Assembly: GCF_009914755.1 (NCBI RefSeq)
Contig: NC_060928.1
DNA length: 64,000 nt
Reading direction: 5' to 3' (one strand)
Origin: the human T2T-CHM13v2.0 reference genome, Homo sapiens
Below, piece after piece: positions 44,711 through 64,000 of this stretch (position 1 is its first letter; every line of letters begins with the position of its first letter). The position numbers and the translations under genes were made by a program. A model generated the notes under the pieces. That model had not been told where the DNA came from. It saw only the letters and a list, made by a program, of their open reading frames with translations, and did not search any database.

Positions 44711-45108
44711 AGAAACAGGAGGCTTAAGTAAAATGCAGGATTTTGCTCTATATTATAGTTTGCTCCATTTTATAGGTAGAAAAAAATAAAATCTTAAAGA
44801 AGTTATTTGCTGACAGTGGAAAGTGGTCGGGTTTTTTTTTGTGTGTTGTTTTGTTTTTTCAGTCTCAGACTGAACTCTCTAGGACACTTGCCCTGTTAAG
44901 TGGGTTGGTGCCAGAGAGAAAACGCTCTGGACACTCCAACTAGTGGACTGCTAGAATTCACCGGACTGACTCCCTGCCACCTTTGGCCCAATCTAAGCAC
45001 TGTTCTGGTTCAATTCAAGGTCGTCTGATTTGATTCCACTGAAACCCTCACAACCATTAAAGTCGAGCAGCAACTTAAGATTTAGAAAAGTGGTTTTCAA
45101 TTTTTTAA

Positions 45109-51488
<6,380 letters not shown>

Positions 51489-51571
51489 AAATTTATGGTT
51501 AAAGCAATCACAGCCAGCCCTCTGGAAACACTGGCCGAATCCTCAATACTGCTCTCTTCTGGGAATCTGGA

Positions 51572-51673
51572 GTCCTGGTTACTCGGGAGCCTAGGTCCTG
51601 GGGAGGCTGCAGTGAGTTATGATCGTGCCACTGCACTCCAGCCTGGGTGACAGAGCAAGACCCTATCTCTCTA

Positions 51674-51706
<33 letters not shown>

Positions 51707-51715
51707 AAAGAAAAA
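51572..51715 (+). mobile_element. Alu right-arm 3' fragment with long poly(A)
   Basis: gaggctgcagtgagttatgatcgtgccactgcactccagcctgggtgacagagcaagaccct + A-run. Confidence 0.8.
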
Positions 51716-52827
51716 CCCTCCGAAAAAATTCCAAGATCCAGGGTTAGGCACATCTACAGTACCAAGCAGGGCTTGGTGAAAGCTTGAATCAAGCAACAAA
51801 TAAAAAAAAGCTGTGGCCTGTGACAAAACGGTGTGGAATGATTCTAATGCTGCAATCAAAAAGAGAAAATCCAAAGTGCCGGCCAGTACCCGTTTCATTC
51901 CATAGGATATTTAAACATATCAGATTTGTCAAGGTTCACTGCAAGTGTATTTGTCATCTTTAAATTCAATTTCAATTTTTTCATTTCAAGAAGTTCTCTT
52001 TGGTTTTCAAATCTTCTGATAATTGTCTTGTTCCCCATTCAGTTTATTTATTTAAAACACACTTTGAGTCTGTAGAGTATCACTATACCCTTGTGGCTCC
52101 TGTTCCCCTAAGATTTTTGGGCAGGCTCTCATGCCTTGCTTTTATGTATTGTGATTTTTGACTGTGAGGACACATTCCATAAACTCTTTATGGGGCACCT
52201 CACTGGTGGTCTGGGTTCAAGTTGAGTTCTGAAAGAACAGAGATGTGTGTTCATTTCTAACAGTTACCTAGAGCCCCTACTGATTTGGTTCAACTAAGAT
52301 ATTGGCTTGAGGTTTTGTCTGTTTTAAAATCATACATAGGGGGAGGAATTTGGGCTGAAATCCAAGTGTGAGGTAACTTGGGGGCACAAACTGTCAGGAG
52401 TGTGTGTGTATCCATACTTATATATGTGTATATATATGTATATACTTATATTTTACTCTTCCATCCAGAACCAGTTCCAAGACAGAAATTTCCTCAGGGC
52501 TCGCACTGGAGGATGGGCCTCAGTCTTACAGATGTGTCGGGGGTATGACTCCCTAACCTAGGCTGATCCTGGCCTTCATCTCTTGTCTTCTGGGCCCTTG
52601 AAGCTGAAAACTAAAGCTGTCCTTAACCTCTAGGTTCCAACTTTCACTGAATTTTTTGGCCTCTAGGCATTCCTTTTCTCCTGTGAGCTCATTTGAAAAA
52701 CATTTTTTAATCCAACATTTTGAATAGTTTCTAGTAGGAGGGTACATCTTGCACCATAAGGCCATGCAGATTTATAAAATCAACAATTCTCTCTGAAGTG
52801 ATCTGAAATAAAATGTGTAGAAAAATC

Positions 52828-54626
52828 GCTGTGTATAATTCAGACTTTATTGCTTATTAATTATGTCACTCCACAAAATTTTAAGTAAACAGACATTGAG
52901 AAAATATACTGGGAGTGTTAAACAGATGACGGCAATATTGATGAGGCTGTTCAAGTGTTTTACATAAGGTAATAAGAGGTACCACCATCACCAGAACCCC
53001 TACAAATTTTTACATTTCATATAAAAAGAGTAAAAATAGTTCATTGGCATGTAACTAGCATCATTCTCTGTAATCTATGAGCCATAATAAGCCTGAACAA
53101 TTTCAGTCTCTTCAGAGCAAAACAAAGTATTTTATTCCACTAGCAGATGTTTCTCCAAAAACAAAAAACAAACCAATACAACCACAAATACTACCCACAC
53201 ACAACCCTGAAACATAAGTTGCCATATTCCAGTGGTCCTGAATTTTAACATGTTTTGCTCTACATTAATTCAAGAAATAAAATGAGAAACAGCTTTGAAA
53301 ATGAGATTAACTCCTTTGCTGTAATTATACTTACTCTATAATTCAAACTATTTAGCTGAAGTCAGTTAACGAGTAAAAACCGCGGATACAGCTCAAACTG
53401 CTCTTAACTTCTTTAAATGTTTACTGTTCTATCAAAACTCAGACCCAAGCTGCACAGGTGTAACTTGAGGCACTAACAATCTTCCTACCAGACGTAATAG
53501 TTTTATGTGTTCTTAAAGCTGGGCGCATATACAAAATCACTGTACATCACACATAAACATCAGAAACTTTTCTTGGCACAACTAGACCAATAGTTTCCTC
53601 TATTATTATTATTTTTAAATCAAGCATGTGTAACAGTTCAGCATTTAAAAGACTCCCATGTATATGATTAAAAAGATGCTCAGGTTGAGAAATACATTTG
53701 AATACTTGAAAAGACACTCCAAAAAGAAACAAGACTTGAAATGTGGTTTTATGTTGAACCATTTAGGAGACCTCAGTTATCCAACAACTAAAAGCACACA
53801 ACAGCAGATAAATAGGATTTTATTAAAATCAATGTCTCCAACAATACAAAAACTAAATATTAAGGCATCTTTTACTCCCATCCTGGTATATGCAAGAGAA
53901 ATGTTTTAAGAAAGGGCCAGCATTTCTTACTAAAATGCTTTCTAGTGTATTTGGCAGATTTGTTTTTATATTCTCCTATTCCACATACCACTCAAAGCAC
54001 TCATGATCAAACATCTTGACCCAAATCAAGAGAAAAGTATAAATAGATATTAATTTATTAAAAGGAAGCAGTTCATCTTTCAAAAATTAAAAGAAACTAC
54101 AAAAAGTATCATGTATAAAGTTCAAATACCAGCATTTAAATTTCTCTGAAGTAATTTACGGTTCAGTAATTAAGCAAAAGAAGAGATGAAGACTTAAGAG
54201 AAGAAGCCTATTAATATGGATTGCACTATGGAGTAACTGTTCACTGAGTACTCCGCTCCACTGGGATGATAGTTTGAAAAGGGCTTCATACTCCTTTAAG
54301 AAAATAGCACATCCACCAGGATAAGATCATTTAAATTAACACTGATTCTTATTCCCCATGCCTGTCCATTTATAAAGCTCAAGGGGCTTCATAAAGTATA
54401 CTAAACAGTAACATTTTCACCTTTTATTAAGGCAAGTTTGTGAAAATAATTTAATACAACAAGATCTCTTCATGAACTTTCAACTTACAACCTTTTTAAT
54501 GTAAGAAACATACAAAAAATTGTGTTTTATAAAAAGTCGCCTCAATACCAGAAAATAGTAATGAAAGATTTTGAACCCAGTTTTACTCTTTAAAGAATGC
54601 TCTTTCCTTGTCTCAAATTCCAAGTG
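52828..54626 (-). other. RWDD4: RWDD4 3'UTR (~1.8 kb; distal end approximate)
   Basis: Repeat-free AT-rich stretch after the stop codon, ending at an AATAAA followed by a U-rich downstream region. Repeats resume below ~52770. Confidence 0.75.
52846..52851 (-). terminator. Likely distal polyadenylation signal AATAAA of RWDD4
   Basis: + strand tttatt. On the minus strand it is followed ~20 nt later by U-rich gatttttctacacattttatttc. Confidence 0.65.
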
Positions 54627-54659
54627 CTACTCATCATCCTTAGAGCCAGTTTTGCTTAA
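54627..54659 (-). CDS. RWDD4: RWDD4 terminal exon, coding part LSKTGSKDDE*
   Basis: Pyrimidine tract ending tatag|TTA AGC AAA ACT GGC TCT AAG GAT GAT GAG TAG. Confidence 0.95.
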   Translation of the reverse strand, partial: LSKTGSKDDE

Positions 54660-55307
54660 CTATAAAAAAAAGAGAGAAAATAGTCAACAAGTGGTATTTT
54701 CTGAGTTCACTATTTCCATGGAGTATCAAAATTAAACTATAGGCAACGAGGCTTAAGTAACTTAAATCACCTACAGTTTTTACCACATGTAGCTACTTTT
54801 CAACTTCAAGCTCAGCTACTTCAAACGGGTTTCAAAATGTAACCTTGACAAAAATCTAAACTCAACAGAACAAGGTGGTGTGTGGGTGGGTGAGCGGGAC
54901 ACTCTTGAAGCTTTCTAGGAAGTAAACTGGAACCAAGAATATACAAATAGAAGGTACCATCTATAAAATGAATGACACTCTTCAAAAGTTCTTGTTTTCC
55001 ATCACATATTCTTTTTAAAATTTTTAAAAAATAATTTTAAATGTGGTCAAATAAAAAAATACGTAACCTAAGATTTACCATCTTAACCAGACAATAAATT
55101 CTTATAGTTTTGAAAATATGATAAAAGTCTTATTTTTGCATTGCAATTTTTTTCTAAGAAAAATCTTTGGCAGGGGTTGGCAAATTTGGGGTAAGGGGAG
55201 GCAGATAAAATACAAAGATGATTCTGATCAGACTACTGCTCCAACTACTGAGAAAGGCCACCGCACCTGACAACTCCAAGAACACTAGAGAGTGTGGGAA
55301 GCCATGA

Positions 55308-56765
<1,458 letters not shown>

Positions 56766-56816
56766 TTAGCATAATAGATTCAGAGACCAAATTATGTCTA
56801 GGTGGTAACCTCCTTA

Positions 56817-59398
<2,582 letters not shown>

Positions 59399-59548
59399 AA
59401 GTATCTGCATTCTTAAGATGTGCTTACATAGTCATACTATATTGTAGTTTTAACTTCTGCAAATTTTCCATTACTTAAAAAAAAAAAAGATCTAAAATTG
59501 AGAGTGCAGGGAAAAGAAGAATGTAAAAGGTATTTCAAAAATACTTAC

Positions 59549-59551
59549 ATG
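59549..59551 (-). CDS. RWDD4: RWDD4 3-nt microexon CAT (His)
   Basis: tttccttttttacattcag|CAT|gtaagt. It supplies the His of VVK-H-LSK, which neither neighbouring exon encodes. Confidence 0.88.
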
Positions 59552-59631
59552 CTGAATGTAAAAAAGGAAACAGACATCCCAGTGAATTCCAAAGGTTGTG
59601 AAGGGGAAAACAAAAAATAAGAATTTCATTA

Positions 59632-59778
<147 letters not shown>

Positions 59779-61160
59779 CTAGTTTTATAATAATTAAGAT
59801 TTTATATACTACTGTACACAACAAATAGGTTAAAAATTTAAATGACATATTACTAAGTTGGAAAAAGAGTTTATCATTATGAATCGATACTGTTCTCCTA
59901 GGAATACTTGCAAAATATTTTAGGTATACTCCTTTTTTACATTTATGATATTGCTATCCAAGACAAAACCTGATAATGAGGAAAAAATATAGAGATGGGT
60001 TGGTAATGCCAGGAAAAGCAGTTAATCCATTTATTAGTTTCATGCATTTGCATGAAGCTACTGCTTTATATAAGAGGTCATTGCTTATTTAAGTAATAAG
60101 TTGTATTGTTCTGTTTAATAAATTAGCATTTCGCACCCAGAAGCTAGGCTCAAGACAGGAGGACTCACAAATATATGTCTGGCCTGGCTTCAAGACTAAA
60201 AGAAGGGCTGGCTAACTTATGTATTAGTTGCTGTGATCTGATAACATATTCATTATTTAATCTAACATTCTTTAAAAAGGGCTTTAATCTGTTGGGATTG
60301 CTTGGAAACTAGCTTATAATTCATAGTCTGCAAAGTGCTTTTATTATTTTAACAGAATATTCAAATTTAAAGAATAGCTTAACAAATATTATCTAAAAAT
60401 TCTTCAATTTAAAATGGCTTGATTTCCTTTATGCTTGATGTATGCCATGCATGTCTCCACTTTATGAAACCTTAAAAATTTAAACTCAAAACAAGTACAT
60501 TATATGAATTTTCCAGCTAGGGAAAAAGAAATTAACCCATGATACTTACAGGAGAGAAGCAATATTACTGGAGCTCAATTTTAGATGCTATCGGTTCTTT
60601 TCTCTTTCATGCCAAGAAGAATCGTATCCCCCTGGTTACTGGTTATAGGGGGCACATCACCAATTTTGGTTAACTAAAACTTAGCCACAGTGCCGTGGCT
60701 GTCCCATTAAAATTTTATTTAGAATGAAAGCTCCAAGTCACAAACTCCTATACTGTCATTATGGGAAGGTAATGGCTTTAGGTGGGCATCATCAAAGAGA
60801 TGAAGGTAGGGAGCTATTAATGAAATAGAGTGATCACAGGTCATTATGTATGAAAGCAATATTACCTAACTGACATAGATGCTACAATATTCAAAGAGAG
60901 ATAAACCAAATTCTAGACAACAAACTGTAATGGCTAACAACTTACTGCTTCAGTTGTTTTTAGAGTTTAATGCTGCTCTGACATTAGGTAGAATGAATTC
61001 TTAGATTTTTTTATTTCACAAACCATTACCATTTCAAAAATGTATTTTGGAAACAAACACAGAGTTGCTATTTGCCACAGACAGACATTAAACAAAACAT
61101 AAACCACAAAAAAACTGCCATTCCATTACAGAAGAAAGGACATTTAAAAGGCCCTCACCA

Positions 61161-61460
61161 GGCCGGATGCGGTGGCTCAAGCCTGTAATCCCAGCACTTT
61201 GGGAGGCCGAGGCTGGCAGATCACGAGGTCAAGAGATCGAGACCAGCCTGCCCAATATGGTGAAACCCTGTCTCTACAAAAAATAACAAAAATTAGCCAG
61301 GCATAGTGACATGCGCCAGTAGTCTCAGCTACTCGGGAGGCTGAGGCAGGAGAATTGCCTGAACCCAGGAGGCGGAGGTTGCAGTGATCGCGCCACTGCA
61401 CTCCAGCCTGGGCAACAGAGCGAGACTCCGTCTCAAAAGAAAAAAGAAAAAAAAAAAAAA
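61161..61460 (+). mobile_element. AluSc-like with TSD aaaaggccctcacca
   Basis: TSD directly visible on both sides. Confidence 0.9.
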
Positions 61461-62042
61461 AGGCCCTCACCAAAATAAAAGGGTCGGTTCTTCTCAATAA
61501 AGAGAAACTTTTTAACCTGACATAGTAGCACACGCATAGATACATACATAAGTGTAAATGTGCAAGTACACAAATGACGTCCTCATTTTCCCTAACTGTG
61601 AAAAAGTTTACAGACTGTTATCAATTTGCAAGTTTTCAGGTTAAATAAAGAAAAGCAATCAAATATTATTGTTGATATGAGCTAGAGTTATTATCTTCTT
61701 CTAAAGAACTCTTGTTTAGAACACATGAGAATTCTATTCTTAAATATTATTGTTGTATAATTAACTACAGGCAAAAATGTTAAATTACTTATCACACTAA
61801 GACCTAATGGTATACTGGTATCCATTTCAAATGAAAACTGTATTTCAAAAAATTTTTAATAACACACAGCTACTAAAGAGGTAAACAAATCCCAAACATG
61901 TTAGAGCTCCAGGTAGAACATGTTTTTGTAGACTATTTAAATGCTCCTCAATCTCTAGACTCATTTATAGTTACTTTGCCACTCGGTTACCTTTTTTTTT
62001 CAAATGGTGACCTCTTGTGATGAAGTAGTAGTAAATATTTTC

Positions 62043-62170
62043 TTTTTTTTTTCTTTTTTTGAGACAGAGTTTTGCTGTTGTTGCCCAGGCTGAAGTGCAG
62101 TGGCACAGTCTCGGCTTGCTGCAACGGCTGCCTCCTGGGTTCAAGCAATTCTCCTGCCTCAGCCTCTCGA
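62043..62170 (-). mobile_element. Severely 5'-truncated Alu with TSD aaatattttc
   Basis: About 110 nt of right arm plus tail, with the flanking duplication. Confidence 0.85.
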
Positions 62171-62312
62171 AATATTTTCAGTATACATATGTGACCCAAA
62201 AGGTCAGTGACCCAAAAGTTCACTGGCCCAAATGTTCCAAGAAGAAAGAGTAAGAATTAATCTAAATATATCCACCATATCGCACTAAGAAGCAATCCAT
62301 TTATCTGGGTTA

Positions 62313-62765
<453 letters not shown>

Positions 62766-63264
62766 CTAAAAAAAAAAAGAAATAATTCTCAGCCTCATAC
62801 CTTACAACTTGTGTTACACTAAATACAGCTATATCCTGAAGTGGGTTGATAATTTTTACACTTATGAAATAAAAGAATCCTATATTATTATGATTCATTT
62901 TTAAAATCAAGTGCCCTTAACACATTATTGGTTTTACTCTTTTAAAAGTTCAGATCAAAGGACGTAATATTAGTTCAATTGTTATAACCAAAATCCTGGG
63001 AAGGAAGATCTGATTATCAGCCTTATGTTGAAGATCTGAGGTTCCAAGGTAGGTTTACAATTCAGTTAACTTGCTATTATTTGGAAATTTAATTAAAACC
63101 TTTTTTTTTCTTTACAGAGCTTTTCTCAGTGTGAACACTTGACAATTTAAACACGTCTTTAGAAAAATCACGTGTGCCTACCTAGAACATCCTGGTTCCC
63201 GGAAGAAAAATTTTAAGACACATGGGTTAATGCAGTCAGGGTATATGATAGCTAAAATGTAAAA

Positions 63265-63500
63265 TGCTTACTAGGTCTAAGCATGGCTGCAAATGTTTTC
63301 CATATACCACACATTTGATCCTCAGCACAATCTTAGAAGGTAGATACTATATAACCCCCATTTGACAGATGAGGAACTGGGCACAGAAAGATTAAGAAAC
63401 CTGCCGAAAGTCACAGAGTTGGTGAGTGGTGCAGTGATGTGAACCCAGGCAGTCTGGCCCAGAGTCCATGATCTTAGCTACCACCCTCCACTGCTCCTCC
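63265..63500 (-). mobile_element. MIR
   Basis: cccattttgacagatgaggaactgggcacagaaagattaagaaacctgccgaaagtcacagag. Confidence 0.85.
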
Positions 63501-64000
63501 AGTTGCCTCTTGGGGTTCTGTGTCCTGTTGGGAATGTGAAAGCCAAAACCACTTGCACAGAAGACAGGCCTTGCTGCCAACAGCTTAGCCCTTGGTTCAC
63601 AAGACAACACTAAATTATACCGAACCCCTCAAAGTCTTTTAGTGCATGACGTGGTGCAAAGGGGCCTCATACACAGATGCTTAACGTCATGAAAGAAATA
63701 TTTCCTAAAACTATTCTAGAAATAATAATAAAACAATTTTTTCTATTCAATAAAGTTTCCACATGCTGCAACATCTACACATTGAACTGTGGCAAGACTG
63801 TTTACAATGAAACAAGCCTCATGCAGAAAGCAATTTCATACTTATTTTAGCACTGCATAAGAGATCCCTTAGCTGTTTAAGCTTTATGGAGAGATTAAAC
63901 AAATATTAAAAATACTAGGTTCTATGATATCTCAGTTTTGGTGGGCATGTTATATATATTCTAGTCTTTGATAAAGGATAAAAATCTAGAGAATATAATA

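Noticed and set aside
53547-53909. 71-aa (-) and 83-aa (+) ORFs
   Set aside because: They lie within the RWDD4 3'UTR, show no recognisable homology and have lengths expected by chance.
54621-54629. AGCACTT (miR-302/372-type seed match) at the start of the 3'UTR
   Set aside because: It overlaps the stop codon, within the ribosome shadow, so it is unlikely to be effective.

Overview
Primate (human-like) genomic DNA, very rich in repeats: about 59 Alu copies or fragments (roughly a quarter of the window) plus old L1M, MIR, L2, MaLR/ERVL/ERV1 LTRs and Tigger/Charlie DNA-transposon fossils. The first ~52.8 kb looks intergenic. The last ~11 kb holds the 3' end of RWDD4 on the minus strand. Four coding exons (62648-62765, 59686-59735, a 3-nt microexon at 59549-59551, and 54627-54659) splice to ...[67 protein letters not shown], followed by a ~1.8 kb 3'UTR. 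None of the supplied long ORFs is a credible gene; nearly all are Alu, LTR or low-complexity reading frames. The most notable signals are the single-codon (His) microexon, a ~150-nt inverted templated insertion inside an Alu, a young TSD-less AluY that appears to replace part of a Charlie1 element, a poly(A)-only retroinsertion, an Alu fragment captured in a MER94-like MITE, a local inverted duplication in an MLT2 LTR, and a tandem IR1 nuclear-receptor motif array in an RWDD4 intron. Repeat family names and the gene identity come from recognition, not from a database search, and most repeat boundaries are approximate. I see no evidence for a wholly new gene system.
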